Assembly: GCA_963716725.1 (NCBI GenBank) | Contig: CAVQUB010000001.1 | Coordinates: 128,001-192,000, forward strand | From: an uncultured delta proteobacterium | GTDB lineage: Bacteria > Myxococcota_A > Polyangia > Polyangiales > Polyangiaceae | Direction of reading: 5' to 3' | DNA length: 64,000 bases | Shown: positions 1-9,994 of the stretch, in pieces | How positions within the stretch are numbered: position 1 is the stretch's first letter | How the letters are laid out: each line of letters starts with the position of its first letter | Notes under the pieces: generated by a model | Seen by the model: the letters and a program-made list of their open reading frames with translations, nothing else | Told to the model about the DNA's origin: nothing | The model's database searches: none | Translations under genes and position numbers: made by a program

Positions 1-2
1 AG

Positions 3-1141
3 AGCCACATCCGTCGTGTTTCGCTGTTCCTGCTGCTCTTCACCGCGTGTTCCTCAGATCCGGATCCAACCAATGCCGGGCGTGCGGACGGTGGTTTGAG
101 CCCTGATGCCGCGACGGACTCGCCCGAGTTGGACGGGGCTGGCGATCCAGATGGACCGGACGCGGCTACCTGTGTGGATCGCGTCAGCTCCCTCTTCGCG
201 GAGCGCTTTGGCTACGGCGCTCAGACAACCGGCGGTGAGGGTGGGATCTTCACCAAGATCACTAGCTTGACTGGCGATTCGCTGCTCACGGCACTGACGG
301 ATGACAAGGCACGCTGGATCTACTTTGACCCGGCGCTTGATGGTCAAACGTGGTCCGTCCCGGAATCGGTGGCGCTCGGCCCCAACAAGACGATCGACGG
401 ACGGGGCGTAAAGATCACTTGGCAGTACGGTTATCCGAACAACAACCTGAGCATCAACTCTCCGCCGGTCACTGCACCCGCGAAGAACGGGCAACTCAAC
501 GCGCAGCGCGGCAACTTGATCATGACCGGCATCCGCCACGTGGGCGACCTGGGTTGGCCCTACACCTACGAGAGTCCGTACTTTTCGAATGGTGCGACGG
601 ATGGTCTCGAGATTTGGTCGGGGAAGAAATACTGGATCCACAAGAACACTTGGTCCCGCATGTCGGATGAGAGCCTTGGCATCTATCACCTCAACGACGC
701 CGACCCGGACAACATCACCTTCAGCCACAACTTGTTTATCGAAACGAAGACGGCTTCCCTCATCGGCGCGAATGGGATTCAACCGAACAAGGGTCGCGTA
801 ACGCTCGCATTCAACGACTTCCGAGAAATGGTGAACGGACGCGCGCCCGGTGAGTTTCGCAACATGTTCGCTCACGTGTTCAACAATGTAGTGAACTACG
901 TGAACGATGAAGGGGTCCGTGTCGCGGAGGGAGCCACCGTCTACTCCCAGTTCAACTATCTGAACCTGGGCTGCAATCCAGGCGTCTCAGGTCCCCGCTT
1001 TGCATTGGGCGTTCTCGACCCCAATCCTGCCCTCGGCGAAACCGGCGTTCTCTTTTCCGATGGCGACATCGTGCCGAAGGAAGTCGCGAACTGCATGTTC
1101 ACCACCAACTCCGGCTACAGCTCACCACCCGCGGCGCCTCC
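3..1141 (+). pseudogene. Pectate lyase (PL1-like) lipoprotein, 5' part; starts before the window and is interrupted by a transposon
   Basis: Open frame from base 3 (SHIRRVSLFLLLFTAC lipobox). Motifs FGYGAQTTGGEGG, NKTIDGRG, WIHKNTW, ITFSHNLF, HVFNN are typical of pectate lyases. Frame is broken at 1142 by the element. Confidence 0.8.
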
Positions 1142-1293
1142 TGTAGGCCGTCACCCTCCGTCGTGATCCCCCGCGGTCGTGGTGTCGGTCTGGGCGCTCG
1201 TTGTTTCGGGTGAGCCGGGTTCGGACTCCGGAGAGCTTCGCCGTTCTTTTTTCCTGAGAGGCTGATCCGCGGAAAGCTGATCGCCGGAGAAGG

Positions 1294-1971
1294 TTGGTCC
1301 GTCGCGGTAGCACCCGCACGGACCCGGCCAGCGAAGGATTGGTTGTCCGTTACGAGACGACCCTCACCAGCGAGCGGTACGTTACCGAGCAGGCGTGGCG
1401 GGCCGCAAGTTTGGAGCGGTGCCCGCTGCACCCGGAGGGCGGCTGCGGTCTCGCGGGGCACGGGAGCTACGGTCGGGTCCGCCCCGTCGGCGTCCGCGTC
1501 GCCCGGTTCTGGTGCCCGCGGGCTCGGGTGACTATCAGCCTTTTGCCTGATTTTCTGGCTTCCCGACTGTCGGGCACGCTCGAGGAGGTCGAGCGGGCCG
1601 TCGAGGTGGCCGAGGGCGCCAAGAGTCTGGAGGCGGTCGCCGAGAAGGTGCGCCCCGCGATCGCAGCGGACGCGGTGACGCTTCCAAGCGCGCTGCGGTG
1701 GCTCCGGCGGCGGCGTGTTGCTGTCCACGCGGCGCTCGTGGCGGCAGTGACGCTGGTGCCGGCGCTCACGGGCTGCCCGGCGACGCTTGGCGCGGTGCGG
1801 CAACGACTCGGGGTGTCGGATGCGCTCGTGGCGCTGCGGTCGGCCGCGGCCATTCACCTGGCCGCCATGCCAGCGCCGGTCGGACTGCGGGCGCGAGGGC
1901 GAGCGCGGCAAGCATCGCGAGAGCCGACCCCACACGAAACGGGGCCGGACCCTCCTCGGCGGGACCGATAG
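1294..1971 (+). CDS. Transposon accessory protein with putative Zn-binding motif (DUF6431-like)
   Basis: CPLH-x4-C, HGSYGR, RFWC and LLPDFL motifs; present in both element copies. Start codon uncertain. Confidence 0.65.
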   Translation: MVRRGSTRTDPASEGLVVRYETTLTSERYVTEQAWRAASLERCPLHPEGGCGLAGHGSYGRVRPVGVRVARFWCPRARVTISLLPDFLASRLSGTLEEVERAVEVAEGAKSLEAVAEKVRPAIAADAVTLPSALRWLRRRRVAVHAALVAAVTLVPALTGCPATLGAVRQRLGVSDALVALRSAAAIHLAAMPAPVGLRARGRARQASREPTPHETGPDPPRRDR

Positions 1972-2022
1972 CGGGTTGGTGTGCCCGGGACGGACCCGGG
2001 CCGACACCGAAAGAGAACTCCG

Positions 2023-3426
2023 ATGAGGACACCGACCCCCGAAAACGAACGCACGCTCGCTGACGCCGAGCGCAGAAAGCAGATCGCGCTGTTCCGTTAT
2101 GGCGTGATCGCAGATCTGCTCCACCTCGAGCGCGGTGCGCGCGGCATGTACGCGAAGCTGCGCGAGAAGGCGGAGAAGGACTGGGAGATCCCCGGAACGC
2201 TCCGGCGGAAGGTCCAGGCCGAAACGATCCGCGGATGGCTTGCGGACTACCGACGCGGCGGCTTCGACGCCCTTGTCCCGAAGATCCGACGGGACGAGGG
2301 CTCGGCTCGCGCCATTCCCCGGGAGATCGCGGATCTGCTCTGCGAGACGAAAGAGCAGCACGCGGACTTCAGCGTCGGACTCGTCATCGCGCACGTGACG
2401 CGCTTCGCGAAGATCCCGGAGGGGGTCACGCTTGCGCCATCGACGGTGCACCGGATCTTGTCTCGGGCCGGACTCATGCAGAAGAAGCAGGGCGAGCCGA
2501 CGGCGAAGGACCGCCGACGCTTCGCCTTCGAGAAGGCGGGCGAACTGTGGATGAGCGACGTGATGCACGGCCCCGCCGTCGCCGTGTCCGGGCGGCAGCG
2601 GAAGACGTACCTGCTCGCCGTCATCGACGACGCGACACGGATGGTGCCGTATGCGGCCTTCGCGCTCAGCGAGAACGCCGCGACCCTTCTCAGCGTGCTC
2701 GAGCAAGGGATCTGCCGCCGCGGGATCCCCAAGCGGCTTTACGTCGACAACGGTGCCGCCTTCAAAGCACAGCACCTGGCGCTCGTGTGCGCGAAGCTCG
2801 GCATCACCTTGATCCACGCGCGTCCCTACACGCCCCAGGGAAAAGGAAAGATGGAGCGGTGGTTTCGGACCGTGCGTCTTCAGCTCCTGCCGACGCTCCA
2901 GCCCGAGGACAGGCGGAGTCTCGAAGCACTCAACCGCCGTCTCTGGGCGTGGGTCGAGGGTGAGTATCATCGGAGTCCCCACCGCGGACTCGACGGTGAG
3001 ACGCCCGCGGATCGCTGGGCGATGCGCTCAGACGAGGTGCGCCAGTCGTCGAGCGACCTCGCCGATCTGTTTCTCTTCGAGCAGAAGCGCCGTGTGCAGG
3101 CCGACCGCACCGTGTCGCTCGACAGCGTGGCCTACGAAGTGGACGCGATGCTCGTCGGCGAGACCGTCGTCCTTCGCTTCGATCCGGCGCGTCCGCGAGA
3201 GACACGTGCCGTCCAGGTCTGGCATCGCGGAAAGCAGATCCAGATCGCTCGCCGTGTCGACGTCTACGCCAACTGTTTCGTCCGACGCGATCACACGACG
3301 AAGGCCCTGCATCCATCTCAGCCCGTGGACGAGCCGCCCCCCGGCATGCGCTTGAGCGACTTCGACTTCGATGTCGGGGACAACCAGCAGGGCGGCGCTG
3401 GCGACGACGAGGGGGACCTCCTCTGA
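2023..3426 (+). CDS. DDE transposase (rve core, Mu-transposase-like C-terminus)
   Basis: WMSDVMHG, VIDDATR, LYVDNGAAF, GKGKMERWFRT; an alternative GTG start lies at 1981. Confidence 0.93.
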   Translation: MRTPTPENERTLADAERRKQIALFRYGVIADLLHLERGARGMYAKLREKAEKDWEIPGTLRRKVQAETIRGWLADYRRGGFDALVPKIRRDEGSARAIPREIADLLCETKEQHADFSVGLVIAHVTRFAKIPEGVTLAPSTVHRILSRAGLMQKKQGEPTAKDRRRFAFEKAGELWMSDVMHGPAVAVSGRQRKTYLLAVIDDATRMVPYAAFALSENAATLLSVLEQGICRRGIPKRLYVDNGAAFKAQHLALVCAKLGITLIHARPYTPQGKGKMERWFRTVRLQLLPTLQPEDRRSLEALNRRLWAWVEGEYHRSPHRGLDGETPADRWAMRSDEVRQSSSDLADLFLFEQKRRVQADRTVSLDSVAYEVDAMLVGETVVLRFDPARPRETRAVQVWHRGKQIQIARRVDVYANCFVRRDHTTKALHPSQPVDEPPPGMRLSDFDFDVGDNQQGGAGDDEGDLL

Positions 3427-4223
3427 TGTACCGCAAGCACTTCGGCCTCACCCGCCACCCCTTCGCCAAAAACATCGAGCCCGACGAGCTCTTCGCCTCC
3501 GGTGCGCTCCGAGAACTCGACGCCCGGCTCGCCCATCTCCTCGACTTGCGCGGCATCGGTGTGGTCACCGGTGAGAGCGGCAGCGGCAAGACCACCGCGT
3601 GTCGGAAGATCGTCGCCGGTCTCCACACGGGTCTGCACCGCGTCCTCTACGTGTCGCTCACCACCGGCAACGTGATGGATCTCTACAAGACCATCGCCTG
3701 GGAGATCGGCCTACCCACCGAGCGCAACCGCGCCGCACTGTTCCGGCAGATCCGGACCGAGGTGACGCGGCTCTGCAGCGAGGCCCGGCAGAAACCGATC
3801 CTGATCGTGGACGAAGCTCATCACCTCAGGAGCGACGTGCTCGAGGACCTGCGCCTGCTCACCAACTACGCGATGGACTCCGACAACCGCCTCTGCCTGG
3901 TCCTCGTCGGACACCCGGAACTGCGCCGCCGCCTCGGCATGGCGGTGCACGAGGCGCTCTCGCAGCGCGTCGTCGTGCGCGCTCACGTCCCGGGTCTTGC
4001 CCGTGACGAGCTCGGCCCGTACCTCACGCACCTGCTCCGACTCGCCGGAACCGAGCTCGAACTCTTCGAGCCCGCAACCCAGGAGGCGATCTTCCAGGCG
4101 TCGAACGGCCTGCCCCGGAAGGTGAACCTGCTCGCTCACCACGCGCTCATGGCCGCCGCGCTCACCAAGAGCAGGACCGTCACGACCGAGCACATCCAGT
4201 CCGCCATGGCCGAAGTCACCTGA
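3426..4223 (+). CDS. ExeA-family AAA ATPase (transposition helper)
   Basis: MYRKHFGLTRHPF N-terminus, Walker A GESGSGKT, Walker B LIVDEAH, GLPRKVN; start overlaps the transposase stop. Confidence 0.92.
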   Translation: MYRKHFGLTRHPFAKNIEPDELFASGALRELDARLAHLLDLRGIGVVTGESGSGKTTACRKIVAGLHTGLHRVLYVSLTTGNVMDLYKTIAWEIGLPTERNRAALFRQIRTEVTRLCSEARQKPILIVDEAHHLRSDVLEDLRLLTNYAMDSDNRLCLVLVGHPELRRRLGMAVHEALSQRVVVRAHVPGLARDELGPYLTHLLRLAGTELELFEPATQEAIFQASNGLPRKVNLLAHHALMAAALTKSRTVTTEHIQSAMAEVT

Positions 4224-4399
4224 GCCCAGCGCCCGGCGACGGTCCACAAGGCCCGGCGGAGATCCACGTCTCCGTCGGGCCGCTCCCTTTCTGCCACCAC
4301 CTCGCCACGCCCACTCGACCACCGCACTCCGGGAAACCACCCCGAGGGCATCACGAAAATGCCCGGGATTCGGGCGGGGGAAGAGCGTGGGAAACTACA

Positions 4400-4540
4400 C
4401 CTCCCTTCGCGATCCCCACGGACGCGGCGTACCAAAACTACACACTGCTGACGGGAACCGGTCCTGAGATCGACGCTTTTGTCACGGCGAACTCGGGGGC
4501 AGGCTCCGCAACCAGCCACGCATTCTGCGACCCGCCGTAG
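4400..4540 (+). pseudogene. 3' remainder of the interrupted pectate lyase
   Basis: Removing the element and one TSD restores the frame: ...PPFAIPTDAAYQNYTLLTGTGPEIDAFVTANSGAG...CDPP*, with TAG at 4538-4540. Confidence 0.8.
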
Positions 4541-4617
4541 GCACGTCGACTCGCTGCCTGCGATCCACGTTCGCGGGCGTGCCCGTCCATCTCGCAGAAC
4601 CGCTTTCCGTGCCTTCG

Positions 4618-5919
4618 CTACGGCCCATGAGACAACACGAAATCCCTATACTTCGTGGTCTGATTCCAAGTCGACGTATAGACAACCTGAGTCCCGCTTG
4701 GCGACGCCGAGAGCTTAGGTTGTGCGTCGTAGTCATAGTTGTTGTAGTCGGCCACGTATTCACGGACAAATCCCCAGTCCTCATACGTCGTCGTCGATTC
4801 GTAATCCAAGCGTATCGAGATGGCTTTCTGGCCTCCACGGGCTGTGGATAGATAGGCCCACCCAGGACGCTTGTAGTTCGTACAACTGACGTGACCGTTT
4901 CCCGTCTTGAAGGTCTGTTTCGTGTGGTGAAGCCCGTCCTTCAATCGAACAAATGTCACGGTATTGCCTGTGTCGAAAAGGACGGCCACCTGGTCGCCGT
5001 TCACGTCCACACACAGGTCCGTATGCCCGGACATTTTGGTGTGTACAACGTTGTCAAAATTCCGATCCGAATAGCGAGTGACGCCTCCCGACAGCCAAAC
5101 CAAGAATTGGCCGTCCTGTGATATGTCGGCCCCGTTGAGCCCCCCGGTCACGGTGTATGGCCCCGAAATGACTTTCTTGTTTTGTATGTCGAGCACGCGA
5201 AGCCGCTGCCCGGAGTCCACAAGAGCGAATCGGTCGTCCGTACTGATGCCACCTTCCCATTGCCCTAGCAGTATGGGTTCGCCCACGTCCACGATCAGCT
5301 CGGTAGCGCCTGTGCTGATCCTCCCCCTCAAGAACTGAGATCCAGAGGTGCCATAAATCAGGTCGGGATCAGAGTGAGAGGGAACCCACTCGGATGACAT
5401 CATTGTCTTGATATCTCGTACGATTGACAGATCGGAAACTCTGAGTGCTTTCTCGCCGATGTATAGAATCGTTTCATCCGAGTTCCAGGCTTGGCGCCGA
5501 GAATACTGGTGACGTTGGCCAGGCGCACTTACGCCGCGAATGCACGTTCCTGGAAGATCACCTTGAATGGTTTGACCCACACCAGGAACTGTTAACGCCT
5601 TTTCCGTGAGCAGAGGAGACTGCGTCACGGGTGGGTATGGCGCCCCTACTCCGTCCGGCCAGCCGCAGGGCGACTGCCAAACCGCACCAGCGGAACCAGC
5701 GTAGCCACCGCCGACGCCGGCACCACCACCGCCGACGCCGGCACCACCACCACCGACGCCGGCACCACCCACGTGGCTTCCGCCCGCGTCGCAGCTGGAA
5801 CAGCCCCCCGAGCCGCCGCTGGGGGAAACATCACTTCCCGCGCTGTCGCCGCAAGCTGCGACGCTGACAGCGGACAAGACGAAGCTCGTGACGTAGCCAA
5901 GCGTCTTGCGGTTGTTCAT
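4618..5919 (-). CDS. Secreted lipoprotein with Gly-rich linker and probable beta-propeller domain
   Basis: Lipobox VAAC; GGGGAGV repeats; propeller-like segments (ISTDDRF, ISQDGQF, SPSGTQVVY); lower GC than its flanks. Confidence 0.7.
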   Translation of the reverse strand: MNNRKTLGYVTSFVLSAVSVAACGDSAGSDVSPSGGSGGCSSCDAGGSHVGGAGVGGGGAGVGGGGAGVGGGYAGSAGAVWQSPCGWPDGVGAPYPPVTQSPLLTEKALTVPGVGQTIQGDLPGTCIRGVSAPGQRHQYSRRQAWNSDETILYIGEKALRVSDLSIVRDIKTMMSSEWVPSHSDPDLIYGTSGSQFLRGRISTGATELIVDVGEPILLGQWEGGISTDDRFALVDSGQRLRVLDIQNKKVISGPYTVTGGLNGADISQDGQFLVWLSGGVTRYSDRNFDNVVHTKMSGHTDLCVDVNGDQVAVLFDTGNTVTFVRLKDGLHHTKQTFKTGNGHVSCTNYKRPGWAYLSTARGGQKAISIRLDYESTTTYEDWGFVREYVADYNNYDYDAQPKLSASPSGTQVVYTSTWNQTTKYRDFVLSHGP

Positions 5920-5961
5920 GGTCCGATGGATTGAGCAAACACCGTGCCAGACGCTCGACAC

Positions 5962-6420
5962 TCGGGCGCATAGTCGTCAGGGACGACCGCGAGCGAGAAG
6001 TGCCCCATGAACCCTTGGCCTGCCATGCCCACCCTGCCGAGCCCCTGGCGCTTATCGCCCAAGAACCGAAACTCCGTCGTGTCGTGGATCACGATCACCT
6101 CGTCGTGCTCCGCAACCCGACGCACTGTGGCGCTGACGTGCGGCCGGAGCACCTCGTCGAAGCTCACCTTCTCGTTCCGAACGAAGCGGGAGAAGCCTTC
6201 GAGTTCTGCCTCAGAGCCCATCATGTCGGGAAAGGCATCGCGCGGATTCGCGTCCGCTGCTCGCGCGATCCGCTCCAGTCGGGCGTTCAGCCGCCGATCC
6301 CCAAGCTCAGCCCCTTCGAACTCCGTCGCCACAGACACTCGCACCTTCGCCTTCGCTCTTGCCATGCTCTCCGGACGCACCGGAGGACGAAACTGATCAA
6401 AAGATGTGACTGGTCGTGAG
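5962..6420 (-). mobile_element. IS4-family (Tn5-like) transposase N-terminal remnant
   Basis: ATG at 6365; EFEGAELGDRRLNARL, FSRFVRNEKV, VIHDTT, GFMGHFSLAV; truncated after ~135 aa. Confidence 0.8.
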
Positions 6421-6705
6421 CCGACGGGGGATGACGGGGGCCCGCTGCCATTGCGGCCACAGTCGGCGAAGCGCAACCCAGAGCAAACGGTCCGAGCGGG
6501 TGATCCGAGGCCGCTTCGCCTGTCGGTGGAGCACGGCCAGCTGGTGGCGCAGTGCGACGCTCTCGAGCGCGACGGACTGGTGAGAACGCAGGAAGGACAG
6601 GGCGGAGTGAAGCAGCGCAAGGAGGACCGCACGCATGGGGAACCGAGTCTCATCTCTTGCCGGGAAAGCGCAAGGACCCCACGACGCACTGGGTCGCCAC
6701 CCACA
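6421..6705 (-). mobile_element. Left-end remnant of integrase-core IS 'family A' (TIR TGTGGGTGGYGAAAACCC)
   Basis: End at 6705 plus transposase N-terminus ALRHQLAVLHRQAKRPRITRSDRLLWV. Confidence 0.8.
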
Positions 6706-7011
6706 GGGGCTGGTGCTGCTCGGCGGTGGCATTTACGCGTGGCAGTGGGTCGGCGGCGGCTTCGCCAGGGGGCGGGGTTGACGGTGCTCGGCCTGCTCTT
6801 CATCAAGCGCGACTGGGCGCAGGGGCTGAGTCTCACGTTGATTTGTTTGTGTGCCGAGGCGCTGGTCATCGACACCTTTTCCGAGCGCCGAGCACGGATC
6901 TTTGCCGCAACCATCGGTGGTGGAGCGTCCGCCACCGCCGAAGCCAAGAACTAGGCTGGCCACCGTGTCGCAACGACAACCGCCGGACGGGCGGTAGGGA
7001 CCCCACCGAGA

Positions 7012-8400
7012 ATGCGAAAAGGCCTAGCTATAGCGTTGCTGCTCGCGTTGACGGCGTGCGACCGGTCGTCGCGCGCGCCGGCGCCGGTCGCCAGCACGTC
7101 GGCATCGTCGAAGGTTACGAGTACCGCCCTCGACGCGGCTGAGATGGCAAAAGCAACGAAGCGCGCCGAACGGGTCGCCAAGTGTGTGGGAAACGTGGCC
7201 CAGTCGGAAACGATCTGGGCTGACACCTGCCTGGTCCGCGACCTGCCGCTCGACGTCGTCGACCACGTGCCTCGCATCGCGCCGCGGGGCACTTTGCACG
7301 CTGCGGCAGCAACGCTTTCGTTCTCGTTGGCGATGGACTTCGAATCCGCCGCCTACCGCCCCACGCTGCTGCTGCATGACGGGGACCGCGTTGCGGTGCT
7401 CGGCATGTTCGAGGCAAGGGGAGGCTCGATCGCCGTTCCGGCGGCGGGCACGTTGGCGCTCGACGACAAGAGCCGCATTAGCGCGGCGCGTCTCTGGTTC
7501 GATCAGCGCGTGGCGCGGGGGCAGGTGACCGGCCGGCCGTCGGCGGATGCTGGCGTTTCGGCCGCCCTGGGCGCCAAACTGCGCATCGTGGTGGCGAAGC
7601 GGGACGCCGCAGAAGCCGCGCGGTTGGCGGTCTTCGGTCGCGCCCTGGCGGCAACTCGCGAAGGCAAGACGTCGGCGCTGGCTGGGCTGTACGCCGAAAC
7701 CGCGACGCTTCACGACCTGGGCCCGGGAACGCGGCTGCGCGGAGCGCACGAGATCGCCGCGCTGCTCGGCCGCGAGCGCGTCGTCGACGTTGACCGTCGC
7801 TGGGCCGCTGGCAACTATGTGGTGGCGGAGTTGCGGCGTCGCGGCGCTGCGGGGCCGGCCACTGCTTCCCTGGAGGTCATGGCCTTCGACGCGGGCCGCA
7901 TCAGCGAGCACTGGCTGTTTCGCAATCGCTTGCGGGCGGACCTGGCGGCCGGCCTGGCGCAGCCCCCGCCGGCCCGCAACAACGCGGCGTCGGTGCGCGC
8001 CGCGGGCAGCCCGACGCTACTGGAAGGCTTGCCGCACCCGGGCGGTGAGGCCGAACTCTTGGCGGCGGAGAAGCAGAAGCGCGTCCTCGAGCTGCACGGT
8101 CATCCTTTCTACACGGAGCGGATCGAGCCCAAGGCCGCCGACGCCGTTTGGCTCACAGAACTACTCGTCGACGCGACGGCGTTGCGGCCCTTTTCCGGTG
8201 AGAAGAAATGTGGCGGGTTCCATCCCGACTTCGCTGTCCGCTGGCAGCACGGCGCGAAACGCTACGACGCGCTGGTGTGCTTCGGCTGCGGGGAACTGAA
8301 GTGGATCGTCGACGGTAAGAGCACGCGCTACGACATGGCGCACTGGGCTCGCCTCAACTTGGAAACCGCACTGCGCGGGTATCGCAATCAGCGGCCCTAA
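7012..8400 (+). CDS. Lipoprotein with SnoaL/NTF2-like domains
   Basis: Lipobox LTAC; LAGLYAETATLHD...FDAGRISEHW pattern; C-terminal KKCGGFHPDF...CFGC domain. Confidence 0.65.
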   Translation: MRKGLAIALLLALTACDRSSRAPAPVASTSASSKVTSTALDAAEMAKATKRAERVAKCVGNVAQSETIWADTCLVRDLPLDVVDHVPRIAPRGTLHAAAATLSFSLAMDFESAAYRPTLLLHDGDRVAVLGMFEARGGSIAVPAAGTLALDDKSRISAARLWFDQRVARGQVTGRPSADAGVSAALGAKLRIVVAKRDAAEAARLAVFGRALAATREGKTSALAGLYAETATLHDLGPGTRLRGAHEIAALLGRERVVDVDRRWAAGNYVVAELRRRGAAGPATASLEVMAFDAGRISEHWLFRNRLRADLAAGLAQPPPARNNAASVRAAGSPTLLEGLPHPGGEAELLAAEKQKRVLELHGHPFYTERIEPKAADAVWLTELLVDATALRPFSGEKKCGGFHPDFAVRWQHGAKRYDALVCFGCGELKWIVDGKSTRYDMAHWARLNLETALRGYRNQRP

Positions 8401-8840
8401 AATCGGCCCTGGACGAGCACCCGGCTTGGACCGACCCCGACCTCCGAACGCGCTCAACTTGAGCTGCTCCTCTCCCGACGGGCGCGTCATTTTACGCGTC
8501 TACCAGCTGGATGCGTACGTGGTGATGGAGGTCCACGGAAAGGGCGATGTGGCTCCGTCGCTGCCTGCAATCAATCGCTTCAAGTTGCCACAGGATGCGG
8601 GCGTTCGCTTGCGGACGCGTGTCACGACGCGGGTCGAACTGAATCCGTCGGGCGGGCCCTAGTTTGCACGGGAACGGCTCAATCGCGTCGGGCCTGCCGG
8701 CAGCGGTCGCGCCTTTCGCGTGGGCCAGCCGCTGATCGGCATTGGGGATTTGTGGTCAGCGGAAGGCAGGACTCGAGCCGCCATCCCACTTCACCGTGCA
8801 GACGCGGCTGTCCGGCGTAGCGCACAGAGCGGTGGGTGCG

Positions 8841-9428
8841 CTACGATTTGATGTAGCCGAAGACATAACGGCAGTTCGTGAGAACCGTGCCGTTCTCGTT
8901 CTTGACGATATAATTCACCGTCCCAGACAGGACGCCATTGGCCACCGTGAAGAAGAAGAGCTTCGTGAGCGTGTTGCCCTGAGCGTCGGGCGGTGAGGCG
9001 CACGTCTTCTCGGAGCCGCAGGCTTCTGGCGTGGCGCTCGTGGTGCAACTCGCACCCGAGTCCAGGAACGCCGTCCCCTGGCTGGCGGCGACCGTCACGG
9101 TGTGATCGGGAACGGCTGGGCACTTTTCGGGCGGCGAGAGCGAGTTGCTCTCGGTAAAATGACCCGCGTACGTCCCCGGAGCGAGATCACAGACGTCGTT
9201 CGAATTGCCATCGTCACTTGCGTCCTGACCCGTGTCCGGACCGTCCGTGGGCCCGCTACCACCGCTGCTGTTCGCGTCGAGGACGCTGGCATCGCCGGCG
9301 CCGGCGCCGGTGCCGGTGCCGGTGCCAGCACCCGAGCAGCTGGCAACGAGCACGACGGCCAGTGCGAGCAGAAAAACTTTGGGACGCAAGTCGACGAGGC
9401 TCACTGAAGTACGGATTTCCGCGTGCAC
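8841..9428 (-). CDS. Cys-containing hypothetical lipoprotein
   Basis: Hydrophobic signal ending VASC followed by a Gly/Asp linker; true start is probably downstream of 9428. Confidence 0.6.
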   Translation of the reverse strand: MHAEIRTSVSLVDLRPKVFLLALAVVLVASCSGAGTGTGTGAGAGDASVLDANSSGGSGPTDGPDTGQDASDDGNSNDVCDLAPGTYAGHFTESNSLSPPEKCPAVPDHTVTVAASQGTAFLDSGASCTTSATPEACGSEKTCASPPDAQGNTLTKLFFFTVANGVLSGTVNYIVKNENGTVLTNCRYVFGYIKS

Positions 9429-9587
9429 GCTGGCAGTTCGGGCGAGGTGAGAGGGGTTGAGCGCATGGAGGTAGTCCGTTCCAGCTCTCTTACGCCTTTC
9501 ACGTCACAGATCTTCCGGAGTTGCGTGGTGGACGGGAAAGCCAAACAGGGGCGCTCGTGGGGTTGCCCTGCGATTCGTAACAGAAGG

Positions 9588-9749
9588 GATGGAGTGGCGA
9601 GCCCACTGCATAGCGCTTCGCTCACGGCGCTCGCGATGGCGGGAGGGGTCATCACGACCATCGCTCGCCACGCTGGCGCGTGCTGCGGCTGCCCGCCGCG
9701 CTCGTGGCGCGGGACATCGCCGAAGCGGTGCGTCGGGTGGGCGAGGCCC
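9588..9749 (+). pseudogene. DUF559-like endonuclease C-terminal remnant
   Basis: WRVLRLPAALVARDIAEAVRRVGEAL matches the 46252 remnant (GWRVLRLEAELVLREPEGAVERVREAL). Confidence 0.6.
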
Positions 9750-9798
9750 TCAGCCCTTCGCCCCCATCAACCGCGCCGCCTCGATCGCGCCATACGTA
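9750..9798 (-). repeat. 49-bp copy of the hemB 3' end
   Basis: TCAGCCCTTCGCCCCCATCAA...CGCCATACGTA matches 51929-51977 and encodes [15 protein letters not shown]. Confidence 0.92.
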
Positions 9799-9990
9799 TT
9801 GTCCTGCCTCCCCCGGTCGTTGCTCGCGGCGCTGCGCGCCGCTGTGCGCCGCCTGCCCCCTCCTTGTCCGGCAAGCGCCGCCAGCGGTCGAGAGCTACGA
9901 GCAGGTGGAGTTGCTCCGCGGCTGAGTCGCCGACACGACCGCCGCCGACGCTTGCGCGGACGGAGGGGGCGCGTTGATCCGGGACCGTGT
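9799..9990. repeat. Hairpin element segment A (begins TTGTCCTGCCTCCCCC)
   Basis: Near-identical to 45713-45931; paired arms GCCCCCTCC/GGAGGGGGC and GCAAGCG/CGCTTGC. Confidence 0.8.
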
Positions 9991-9994
9991 GAGC

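Larger units (their letters stand above)
1142..4399 (+). mobile_element. 3,258-bp three-gene transposon (Cys/His-motif ORF + DDE transposase + ExeA-like AAA ATPase), copy 1
   Basis: Ends TGTAGGCC... and ...GAAACTACA. 5-bp target duplication CCTCC at 1137-1141 and 4400-4404. Inverted copy at 35747-39004. Confidence 0.93.

Noticed and set aside
1099..2982. Long antisense ORFs (also 37164..39377, 18220..20664, 44672..46168, 46629..48509)
   Set aside because: Shadows of real genes or of repeat mosaics in high-GC DNA; Arg/Pro-rich with no coherent domain.
3426..4223. Type II secretion ExeA/GspA gene
   Set aside because: Lies within transposon ends in both copies, and no other secretion genes are nearby.
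5916..6947. 343-aa ORF as a single gene
   Set aside because: Chance read-through across an antisense gene tail, an IS family A end and an IS4 fragment.
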